Assembly: GCA_002269645.1 (NCBI GenBank)
Contig: NIVC01000985.1
Coordinates: 1-64,000 of the forward strand
Direction of reading: 5' to 3'
Origin: Macrostomum lignano
Taxonomy: Eukaryota
Length of the DNA: 64,000 nt
Shown here: in pieces, positions 24,225 through 42,223 of the stretch
Layout of the letters: every line of letters begins with the position of its first letter
Position numbering within the stretch: the stretch's first letter is position 1
Position numbers and translations under genes: made by a program
The notes under the pieces: generated by a model
The model's database searches: none
What the model was told of the DNA's origin: nothing
The model's input: only the letters and a program-made list of their open reading frames with translations

Positions 24225-24812
24225 TAAGGCAAGTCAGGAGTCTAAACCAGTCAGGTCAGCATGAGTCAGGAGTCTAAACCAGTCAGGTCAGCAGGGGTCA
24301 GGAGTCTCAATCAGTCAGGTCAGCAGGGGTCAGGAGTCTCAATTAGTCAGGTCAGCAGGGGTCAGGAGTCTCAATCAGTCAGGTCGGAAGGGGTCAGGAG
24401 TCTCAATCAGTCAGGTCAGCAGGGGTCAGGAGTCTCAATCAGTCAGGTCGGAAGGGGTCAGGAGTCTCAATCAGTCAGGTCAGCAGGGGTCAGGAGTCTC
24501 AACCAGTCAGGTCAACAGGGGTCAGGAGTCTCAACCAGTCAGGTCAGCATGGGTCAGGGGACTCAATTAGTAATTTCAGCAGGGGTCGGGAGTCTCAATC
24601 AGTCAGTTCAGCAGGGGTCAGGAGTCTCAATCAGTCAGGTCAGCAGGGGTCAGGAGTCTCAATCAGTCAGGTCAGCAGGGGTCAGGAGTCTCAATTAGTC
24701 AGGTCAGCAGGGGTCAGGAGTCTCAACCAGTCAGGTCAGCAGGGGTCAGGAGTCTCAATCAGTCATTTCAGCAGGGGTCAGGAGTCTCAACCAGTCAGGT
24801 CAGCAGGGGTCA
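24225..24812. repeat. 32-bp minisatellite, ~18 copies
   Basis: Unit AGTCAGGTCAGCAGGGGTCAGGAGTCTCAATC; runs up to the stop codon of the 25460-24810 gene. Confidence 0.95.
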
Positions 24813-25460
24813 GCAGTCCCCAGGTCCGATGCACAGCGCCTCACGAAAGGCCCGCCGCCACGGCACCACCTCTCGCCTACCAGACTTGACGGGCCAGTGG
24901 CGGACGTCCTGGGCGCTGACAGAGTGGTAGTATTCGCACTGTCGCTGCAGACTCTCGTACATGATGACGTACTGCTCTCCTCGGCCATAGTAGCTCTGCA
25001 AAATCTGCAGCCGCTTGTCCGTCAGCTCAAAAAATCGATCGCTAAGAAAATTAAACGAGAGGCAAGCAAATCAGAAAATAAAATGGTACAAATCTTTTAT
25101 TGTTTTACTCGTAGTTTACTTGCATTTCTACTATCAGTAGAATTATTCAAAGATATCCATCGCTATAAAAATCGCCGCTTCAAATTATCGATTGAACTGC
25201 TGATGAAGCTTTGAAAACTTCCTACTATTCCGAGCAGTTCGTAAAAGTGACTTCGTTTAAACAAAAATAAACGATTAGATCAAAGCTCACCGCTTGTACA
25301 CGTGGTGGGCCGCCACGCAGCCGTCTTTGACAAGAAATGCGGCCACCAGTTCGATCTTGCCCGAGGATTTTTTGGCGCCATAGCGATCGGCAAAGATCTT
25401 CTTGAGCCGCAGCGCCAGCTGCCAGTTCAGACTGGTGGCACCGAGCGAGTCCCCGGCCAT
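24810..25460 (-). CDS. Uncharacterised ~133-aa protein, two coding exons (25460-25291, 25041-24810)
   Basis: CG|GTGAGC donor and TTTTCTTAG|C acceptor join in phase 2 to give MAGDSLGATSLNWQLALRLKKIF...HVYKR|DRFFELTDKRLQILQSYYGRGEQYVIMYESLQRQCEYY...GPGDC*. GC-rich codon usage in AT-rich flanks. Further upstream exons are possible (in-frame acceptor at 25466). Confidence 0.7.
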
Positions 25461-25489
25461 GGCAATCTGGCGTGGATTTTGATTGTTTA

Positions 25490-26250
25490 TCAACTGATCA
25501 ATCTGTCAATCTATCAGTCGATCAATCTAGCAATCGATCTATCTATCAAACAATTAATCTATCAGTTAACCTATCTATCGATTGATCATTCTATCATGCT
25601 ATAAATTGTCAATCTATCAATCTATCAATCTATTGGTCGATCGATCTATCAATCTATCAATCTATCAATCTATCAATCTATTGATCTATTAGTCGATCGA
25701 TCTATCAATCTATCAATCTATTGTTCGATCGATCTATCAATCTATCAATCTAACAATCTATTGGTCGATCGATCTATCAATCTATCAATCTATCAATCTA
25801 TTGGTCGATCGATTGATCAATCTATCAGTCTAACAATCTATTGGTCGATCGATCGATCGATCAATCTATCAATCTAACAATCTATTGGTCGATCGATCTG
25901 TCAATCTATCAATCTATCAATCTAACAATCTATTGGTCGATCGATCGATCAATCTATCAATCTAACAATCTATTGGTCGATCGATCTATCAATCTATCAA
26001 TCTATCAATCTAACAATCTATTGGTCGATCGATCTATCAATCTATCAATCTATCAATCTAACAATCTATTGGTCTATCGATCTGTCAATCTATCAATCTA
26101 TCAATCTAACAATCTATTGGTCGATCGATCTATCGATCTATCAATCTATCAATCTACCAATCTATTGATCGATCGATCTATCAACCTGTCAATTTAACAA
26201 TCTATTGGTCGATCGATCTATTATTCTATCAATTTATCAAACTATCAATC
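25490..26250. repeat. Compound (TCTA/TCAA/TCGA) microsatellite
   Basis: TCAATCTA runs punctuated by ATCTATTGGTCGATCGATC. Confidence 0.93.
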
Positions 26251-27348
26251 TTACAAATATCACATTGTAATGAAAAAAAAATCAATTTTACTCAATTCAC
26301 AATTCTATCCGTCAGAGAATCTACGAGCTATCAGATCCTAATAAAATAGCTAGTTAACTCAATTGAAGCGAGTTCATAATTTGCATTTCTTTATTAGCTT
26401 TCTTAAGCTAAGGTGACTTGGAATCGCACAGCACAGCAGATAAGAATTGTGTAATTGCCAATATCTCTTACCTGCTATACCAAACTTATTTAATATTCAA
26501 TAGCAAAAATTCATCTAGGTATTATCCAGCTCAGGTAGTTTAATAGCAGTGTCTCACATTGCAGCCACTGCTCGGCTATCTCTCTCTCTCTCTCTGTATT
26601 CGAGCTTCTCTTTCTCAATTTTATAGCAACAGGCGCCAGAGAGTGCTACAGAAGAAGCCCAAGCAGCAGTCATCGTCTTCATTGCTCAAAATGTCTCGCG
26701 TCTAATTATTATAACCATATAAGTACAATACGATTTGTGCCCAGCACTTGGGCAATGTGCTGAAAACTGTGCTTTGTAATTGTCGGTTTGAAGATGAAGA
26801 GCAAACTCAGCTAGATTAAATAGCGATCTGCAGTTTCTTTCAGCGCTGCATTAGCTATTTCTTGCTTGGATTGAATGAGAGTACTCTACTACTTTCTTTG
26901 ATCTTCAAAATAAAAATGCAATAAGCTCAAAAGGGCAGATTCAAATAGCGAAGATTCACTGGAAACTTAGTAAGCATTCACTGAGAGCTTAGTGAGCAGA
27001 TTCACTGAGAGCTTTGTGAGCAGATTCACTGAGCTTAGTGGGATTTGAGACGAGAGATGAAAGGAGAGGGGAGAAAGGAAAGAAGAGAGCTGAGAAGAGG
27101 CTCAAACATTGAGCCTGATTGCTATTGTGAAGTTTTAAAGGACCCGAGGACCGGATAGGAGGCTTTGCGTCTGGGCCAACATGGGCCAACCGCAGGTTTA
27201 TATCGCGCTACACCATAGACATAGCAAATATTACTGAATGCCGCTTAATGTTATGCTGTACGCTCGTATCTGTGAAATACATCTAGCTTTCACAACAAAA
27301 CCCACGTGATGCCGGTAGTGCTTGTTTTTAACTTTAACAAGGCAAAAC

Positions 27349-27605
27349 ATATAGCATTTTCCGGTCAATTTGGTCCTAGAATCACTCAATTTAATCCGCA
27401 ATAGAGAAATCCAATTCATTCCGCCGTCACTAGAGATTGTCTATGGTCAAATATGCTGTTTCGTTCCACTCAATTTAATCCGGGGGCACCTATTTCGCGT
27501 ATTTTCTTATTTTCGCATCTCTAGTGACGGCGGAATGAATTGGAATTCTCTATTGCGGATTAAATTGAGTGATTCTAGGACCAAATTGACCGGAAAATGC
27601 TATAT
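27349..27605. mobile_element. Foldback MITE-like element: 89-bp inverted arms and a 79-bp loop
   Basis: Arms 27349-27437 and 27517-27605 are reverse complements with 1 mismatch. The ends TA|TAGCATTTTCCGG...CCGGAAAATGCTA|TA are compatible with a TA target duplication. Confidence 0.8.
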
Positions 27606-28167
27606 TAAACTCGTGTTTGACAAGGACTTTATTGTTTAATTTAAGTCAAGCAAAATCTGAGAGTTTCAATTCTCAAACTGGTTCCGAGCTTTTTTGTCTA
27701 TCACCAGAACCATAAGATCTTAATGTGTCATCGCTAAATCAGATAGTTTTTTCTCACCTTTTCCCTGGTCAGCTGGTCTGACCATAAACCATAAACCATA
27801 GAATGTTAATGCACCACTGTACAAAGCCTTTATAGCCAAGAAGGTAACTATTTATACCCGACTTAGAAAAAACGACTTACACTCAATATCTAGCCAATAC
27901 TGTTACTGTTAACAGAAACTGTACTGTTACACTCAATATAACAGTACAGTTCACTCTAAAATCTGCCAAAACAGGCCTTTTTGCAAGAGAAAGCAAGGAA
28001 TTAAGGTCTATTCAGAACATATACTTTTTCATCAAGGACTTCAAAACATTATCGGCAGTTAAGGCTGTTAGTCCTTTTTTCAGCGTATAGTTTAGTCAAG
28101 CACGTCTACAGGAAGCATAAATAGGCAAAATCGCAAGTATTCATTAAGCTTGAATCGGGCCGTGCAG

Positions 28168-34296
<6,129 letters not shown>

Positions 34297-34351
34297 TCTA
34301 CTCATACCGAGTAGTGAAATGCTTTCGAATACTTTAGCTCGCTCGTTACGA

Positions 34352-37170
34352 TCTGGACTCAGATGGTATTGGGATCTGGACTCAGATGGGATTGGGATCG
34401 GGACTCAGATGGGATTGGGACCTAGACTGAGATGGGATTGGGATCTATACTGAGATGGGATTGGGATCTGGACTGAGATGGGATTGGGATCTGGACTCAG
34501 ATGGGATTGGGACCTAGAATAAGATGGGATTGGGACCTAGACTGAGATGGGGTTGGGATCTGGACTGAGATGGGATTGGGATCTATACTGAGATGGGATT
34601 GGGACCTAGACTGAGATGGGATTGGGACCTAGACTGAAATGGAATTGGGACCTAGACTGAGATGGGATTGGGATCTGGACTCAGATGGGAATTGGGATCT
34701 GGACTCAGATGGGATTGGGATCTGGACTCAGATGGGATTGGGATCCATACTTAGATGGGATTGGGATCTATACTGAGATGGGATTGGATCTAGACTGAGA
34801 TGGGATTGGGATCTATACTGAGATGGGATTGGGACCTAGACTGAGATGGGATTGAGATCTGGACTCAGATGGGATTGGGATCTGGACTCAGATGGGATTG
34901 GGATCTGGACTCAGATGGGATTGGGATCTGGACTCAGATGGGATTTTTAGTATATGGATTGGGATCTGGACTCAGATGGGATTGGGATCTGGACTCAGAT
35001 GGGATTGGGATCTGGACTCAGGTGAGATTGGGATCTGGACTCAGATGGGATTGGGATCTATACTGAGATGGGATTGGGATCTGGACTCAGGTGAGATTGG
35101 GATCTGGACTCAGATGGGATTGGGATCTATACTGAGATGGGATTGGGATCTATACTGAGATGGGATTGGATCTAGACTGAGATGGGATTGGGATCTATAC
35201 TGAGATGGGATTGGATCTAGACTGAGATGGGATTGGGATCTGGGCTAAGATGGGATTGGGATCTGGACTCAGATGGGATTGGATCCATACTTAGATAGGA
35301 TTGGGATCTATACTGAGATGGGATTGGATCTAGACTGAGATGGGATTGGGATCTGGACTGAGATGGGATTGAAATCTGGACTGAGATGGGATTGGGACCT
35401 AGACTGAGATGGGATTGGGACCTAGACTGAGATGGGATTTGGATCTGGACTCAGATGGGAATTGGGATCTGGACTCAGATGGGATTGGGATCTGGACTCA
35501 GATGGGATTGGGATCCATACTTAGATGGGATTGGGATCTATACTGAGATGGGATTGGATCTAGACTGAGATGGGATTGGGATCTATACTGAGATGGGATT
35601 GGGACCTAGACTGAGATGGGATTGAGATCTGGACTCAGATGGGATTGGGATCTGGACTCAGATGGGATTGGGATCTGGACTCAGATGGGATTGGGATCTG
35701 GACTCAGATGGGATTTTTAGTATATGGATTGGGATCTGGACTCAGATGGGATTTTTAGTATATGGATTGGGATCTGGACTCAGATGGGATTGGGATCTGG
35801 ACTCAGATGGGATTGGGATCTGGACTCAGGTGAGATTGGGATCTGGACTCAGATGGGATTGGGATCTATACTGAGATGGGATTGGATCTAGACTGAGATG
35901 GGATTGGGATCTATACTGAGATGGGATTGGATCTAGACTGAGATGGGATTGGGATCTGGGCTAAGATGGGATTGGGATCTGGACTCAGATGGGATTGGAT
36001 CCATACTTAGATAGGATTGGGATCTATACTGAGATGGGATTGGATCTAGACTGAGATGGGATTGGGATCTGGACTGAGATGGGATTGAAATCTGGACTGA
36101 GATGGGATTGGGACCTAGACTGAGATGGGATTGGGATCTAGACTGAGATGGGATTGGGATCTAGACTCAGATGGGATTGGGGCCTAGACTGAGATGGGAT
36201 TGGGATCTAGACTGAGATAGGATTGGGATCTGGACTGAGATGGGATTGAAATCTGGACTGAGATGGGATTGGGACCTAGACTGAGATGGGATTGGATCTA
36301 GACTGAGATGGGATTGGGATCTATACTGAGATGGGATTGGATCTAGACTGAGATGGGATTGGGATCTGGGCTAAGATGGGATTGGGATCTGGACTCAGAT
36401 GGGATTGGATCCATACTTAGATAGGATTGGGATCTATACTGAGATGGGATTGGATCTAGACTGAGATGGGATTGGGATCTGGACTGAGATGGGATTGAAA
36501 TCTGGACTGAGATGGGATTGGGACCTAGACTGAGATGGGATTGGGATCTAGACTGAGATGGGATTGGGATCTAGACTCAGATGGGATTGGGGCCTAGACT
36601 GAGATGGGATTGGGATCTAGACTGAGATAGGATTGGGATCTGGACTGAGATGGGATTGAAATCTGGACTGAGATGGGATTGGGACCTAGACTGAGATGGG
36701 ATTGGATCTAGACTGAGATGGGATTGGGATCTATACTGAGATGGGATTGGATCTAGACTGAGATGGGATTGGGATCTGGGCTAAGATGGGATTGGGATCT
36801 GGACTCAGATGGGATTGGATCCATACTTAGATAGGATTGGGATCTATACTGAGATGGGATTGGATCTAGACTGAGATGGGATTGGGATCTGGACTGAGAT
36901 GGGATTGAAATCTGGACTGAGATGGGATTGGGACCTAGACTGAGATGGGATTGGGATCTAGACTGAGATGGGATTGGGATCTAGACTCAGATGGGATTGG
37001 GGCCTAGACTGAGATGGGATTGGGATCTAGACTGAGATAGGATTGAAATCTGGACTGAGATGGGATTGGGGCCTAGACTGAGAAGGGATTGGGATCTAGA
37101 CTCCGATAGGATTGGGACCTAGACTGAGATGGGATTGGGATCTGGACTGAGATGGGATAGAGATCTAGGC
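34352..37170. repeat. 23-bp satellite array A, ~120 copies, with higher-order structure
   Basis: Unit GATGGGATTGGGATCT(G/A)GACT(C/G)A; begins ~55 bp upstream of the VFT gene start. Confidence 0.97.
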
Positions 37171-37920
37171 TGAATGTTAGTAGCCCATTGATAAGATACA
37201 GTTTTTTCAGTTTTACCCGTAAAATAAGAAGAATATCTACTTTAAAAAAACTGGAAGAAGGCTGCAGATGAATATGAATCTAAAAGTTCCTAAATTTAGT
37301 TTAAAATAATAAACATTCCCGAATGTTACAAATTGCTTACAAATCGCCAATGCAGTCAGCAGAAAATGCAGCGCAGGAAAGCGGAAAGGCAAAAGAGCCA
37401 TGGCGCTCTTCTTTGTAGAATATCGTTGAGCAATGATGAAGCAGGAGGCAGTTTTGAGTAAAATTAGCTTAATATCTTGCCCTCTGTCGAGCCTTACGCG
37501 AGACTTTATGAGACTTAGGCGCCATATTATTACAATAAGTTCTATATTGAACAGGAGCTTTGCACAAGCAGTGCAGAATCGCAGGGCTTGGTTTGAGAGG
37601 CAAAGAAATGGGGGGGGGGGGTTAAATGGTAGTCGGTTTTTCTCTCGGTCTGTCTATCCTACTCTACTCTAGCTCCTATTGTTAAATTACATCCGACCCT
37701 CCTCCTGGTCAGAAGTGTACTCAGTGGGTGGATAGTGCAAGCCAACTAGCTGCATTCGACATTAGTAAACATCCTTGTTTTTAATAAGGGTTTAAAAAGC
37801 TAGAGCGAGCAATTAAAAATAGCTAACATCCGGGATGCTATTAGCTCAGGCTATGCTCGCACAATACGCTTAAGGCTACTCCGAGCAGAAGAACAAGTGC
37901 TGGAGCAATGCCCAATGAAA

Positions 37921-40612
37921 TTGTGATCTAGATAGAGATGGATTGGGATTTAGATAGAGATGGATTGGCATTTAGATAGAGATGGATTGGGATCTAGATA
38001 GAGATGGATTGGGATCTAGATAGAGATGAGATTGGGATCTAGATAGAGATGGAATTGTGATCTAGATAGAGATGAGATTGGGATCTAGATAGAGATGGAA
38101 TTGTGATCTAGATAGAGATGAAATTGTGATCTAGATAGAGATGAGATTGTGATCTAGATAGAGATGAGATTGTGATCTAGATAGAGATGAGATTGTGATC
38201 TAGATAGAGATGGAATTGTAATCCAGATAGAGATGAAATTGTGATCTAGATAGAGATGAGATTGTGATCTAGATAGAGATGAAATTGTGATCTAGATAGA
38301 GATGAGATTATGATCTAGATAGAGATGAAATTGTGATCTAGATAGAGATGAGATTGGGATCTAGATAGAGATGAAATTGTGATCTAGATAGAGATGAGAT
38401 TGTGATCCAGATAGAGATGAAATTGTGATCTAGATAGAGATGAGATAGGGATCTTGATAGAGATGAGATTGGGATCTAGATAGAGATGGAATTGTGATCT
38501 AGATAGAGATGAGATTGGGATCTAGATAGAGATGAGATAGGGATCTAGATAGAGATGAGATTGGGATCTAGATAGAGATGAAATTGTGATCTAGATAGAG
38601 ATGGAATTGTGATCTAGATAGAGATGAGATAGGGATCTAGATAGAGATGAGATAGGGATCTAGATAGAGATGAGATAGGGATCTAGATAGAGATGAGATT
38701 GGGATCTAGATAGAGATGGAGTTGTGATCTAGATAGAGATGAGATTGGGATCTAGATAGAGATGGAATTGTGATCTAGATAGAGATGAAATTGTGATCTA
38801 GATAGAGATGAGATTGGGATCTAGATAGAGATGAAATTGTGATCTAGATAGAGATGAGATTGTGATCTAGATAGAGATGAGATTGTGATCTAGATAGAGA
38901 TGAGATTGGGATCTAGATAGAGATGAAATTGTGATCTAGATAGAGATGAGATTGTGATCTAGATAGAGATGAGATAGGGATCTAGATAGAGATGAGATAG
39001 GGATCTAGATAGAGATGAGATTGGGATCTAGATAGAGATGGAATTGTGATCTAGATAGAGATGAGATTAGGATCTAGATAGAGATGAGATAGGGATCTAG
39101 ATAGAGATGAGATAGAGATCTAGATAGAGATGAGATTGGGATCTAGATAGAGATGAAATTGTGATCTAGATAGAGATGAGATTGTGATCTAGATAGAGAT
39201 GAGATAGGGATCTAGATAGAGATGAGATTGGGATCTAGATAGAGATGAGATTGGGATCTAGATAGAGATAGAATTGTGATCTAGATAGAGATGAGATTGG
39301 GATCTAGATAGAGATGAGATAGGGATCTAGATAGAGATGAGATTGGGATCTAGATAGAGATGAAATTGTGATCTAGATAGAGATGGAATTGTGATCTAGA
39401 TAGAGATGAGATAGGGATCTAGATAGAGATGAGATAGGGATCTAGATAGAGATGAGATAGGGATCTAGATAGAGATGAGATAGAGATCTAGATAGAGATG
39501 AGATTGGGATCTAGATAGAGATGAAATTGTGATCTAGATAGAGATAAGATTGGGATCTAGATAGAGATGAAATTGTGATCTAGATAGAGATGAGATTGTG
39601 ATCCAGATAGAGATGAAATTGTGATCTAGATAGAGATGAGATAGGGATCTTGATAGAGATGAGATTGGGATCTAGATAGAGATGGAATTGTGATCTAGAT
39701 AGAGATGAGATTGGGATCTAGATAGAGATGAGATAGGGATCTAGATAGAGATGAGATTGGGATCTAGATAGAGATGAAATTGTGATCTAGATAGAGATGG
39801 AATTGTGATCTAGATAGAGATGAGATAGGGATCTAGATAGAGATGAGATAGGGATCTAGATAGAGATGAGATAGGGATCTAGATAGAGATGGAATTGTGA
39901 TCTAGATAGAGATGAGATTAGGATCTAGATAGAGATGAGATAGGGATCTAGATAGAGATGAGATTGTGATCTAGATAGAGATGAGATTGGGATCTAGATA
40001 GAGATGAAATTGTGATCTAGATAGAGATGAGATTGTGATCTAGATAGAGATGAGATAGGGATCTAGATAGAGATGAGATAGGGATCTAGATAGAGATGAG
40101 ATTGGGATCTAGATAGAGATAGAATTGTGATCTAGATAGAGATGAGATTGGGATCTAGATAGAGATGAGATTGGGATCTAGATAGAGATGAGATTGGGAT
40201 CTAGATAGAGATGAAATTGTGATCTAGATAGAGATGGAATTGTGATCTAGATAGAGATGAGATAGGGATCTAGATAGAGATGAGATAGGGATCTAGATAG
40301 AGATGAGATTGGGATCTAGATAGAGATGGAGTTGTGATCTAGATAGAGATGAGATTGGGATCTAGATAGAGATAAGATTGGGATCTAGATAGAGATGAGA
40401 TTGGGATCTAGATAGAGATGAGATTGGGATCTAGATAGAGATGAGATTAGGATCTAGATAGAGATGAGATTAGGATCTAGATAGAGATGAGATTAGGATC
40501 TAGATAGAGATGAGATTAGGATCTAGATAGAGATGAGATTAGGATCTAGATAGAGATGAGATTAGGATCTAGATAGAGATGAGATTAGGATCTAGATAGA
40601 GATAAGATCTGA
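37921..40612. repeat. 23-bp satellite array B, ~117 copies
   Basis: Unit GATGAGATTGGGATCTAGATAGA; 20/23 identical to the array A variant GATGGGATTGGGATCTAGACTGA. Confidence 0.97.
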
Positions 40613-42223
40613 ATAGGCATCAAACACCCGGCGGACAAGCCATTAAACTGTGAGCAAGCAATAACGGACACCAAATCCAAGTGAGCACATGTACTCTAGA
40701 GCAGTTTGGCCAACGCATGGCAGCCTTGGCCTGTGTTGTGTGTATTATGACAATTAATAGCAAAACATTTTACAAATATATAGTACTTGTATATATAAGA
40801 TAACTAACAAATTGTGTCTGTGTTGCAGGCTTTTCGTCTAACATTTTGTTATTTTCTAATTGTAGTGAAAGAGCCGACAGAGAATCGCGTTCAGCGAAAA
40901 CCGGGGCGAGGCGGTTACACAGCGGGCGCGCACATACTACTGGGCACAAGTAGTGCGCCTTAGTTCGCGCGACTCTTTGCTGAAAGCCAAACACATTTTT
41001 GAAGAAACAGTTAGTATAACAGAACAGAACAGCCAAGAGAGAAGCGAAGCGTGGGGAACAAATGATGCATAGCAAATTCGAAATCTGAATGGGCAAATTT
41101 TGCTACTAACAGTAGGGCATCGCGACCTAATTAATGTTGCGCACCGGAACGAAAACAAAATCAAGGAGAATTGTTTTTGTTGCAATTAAAAACAGAGAGT
41201 GGTCAGGCTAGAATTGCAGTTCAAGTCGCAATTAACAATAAAAACTAAATATAAACAGAAATTTGTGTGTGTGTAACTTTTCAGAGTACAGATGCTGTGT
41301 GTTTAAAATACGGTTAATTAATAAAGAGCGCAAATATATATGTATAAATATAATGAATTAATCAGCAAATTCGATTTACTAAGCGAAGGTAACAATAGAA
41401 AACAACAGGTCAAAGAGCGCAGCAGCAGACGTCATGGGGCTTAATAATGTGACTGCAAAGTTTTGCTATTTTGTCAAATTTGGGCAAAAACAAACAATTC
41501 ATATCACTGTAAGTAGCAACACGCAGCAATTGAAGTCATAGAGGGAATTCTTGCTCAGCTTGTCGTCACGGGCGGATTAGCAGAGAAATTCAGTGAATCT
41601 GAAGCTGATTAAGGCTAAAGAACTAACGTATAGAAGTGAGAAAGTGAGTTAAAAACAAGCATGATATGATCAATTTTCAATAATCGGATGGATATGAATT
41701 CGTACGCTACTCTATGATTCCCCATCAAAACGGTACCCAGGCCAAGAAGCGTCCCGGAGTCACTTGCGTGATTTGCAGGTAACGCAGGTAAAAAATAGGA
41801 AAGAAGTGACTCTACACGGCTCTAGAACAACGAGATGTGACGGTACAAGTCGCCAAAAAGTCGTCAAAAGTTACCCAAGAGCCAATTCGAGGCATTTTAT
41901 TGTTCTGCGACTCTGCCACGAGTCACGAGAGTCCCCTCGGAGTCGCTAGAGTCACTAGTGAGTTGTTTGCAAAGGCTTTTTAGCGATTCTTGTCACGGTA
42001 ACGTTTTCAACGGGATTGATGTGTGCGCATGCGAGACAATATGGCTACTGGCGGATAACACTGCAGTTATTTAAGTGCAATTTTCAGTTTAAAAACAACA
42101 AACAAACGAACGCGCGTTCAGGAGACCAACGAAAGGTCCTTTTAAGAAACTTAATCAGGAATTTAAATAGACGATGAGCAGATGCACTATTGATAACTGC
42201 TGATGAGTGTAAACCAGAGGCTG

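Noticed and set aside
26965-27035. Three to four short palindromic repeats GATTCACTGAGAGCTTAGTGAGCA
   Set aside because: Too short and degenerate to support more than a small local duplication.
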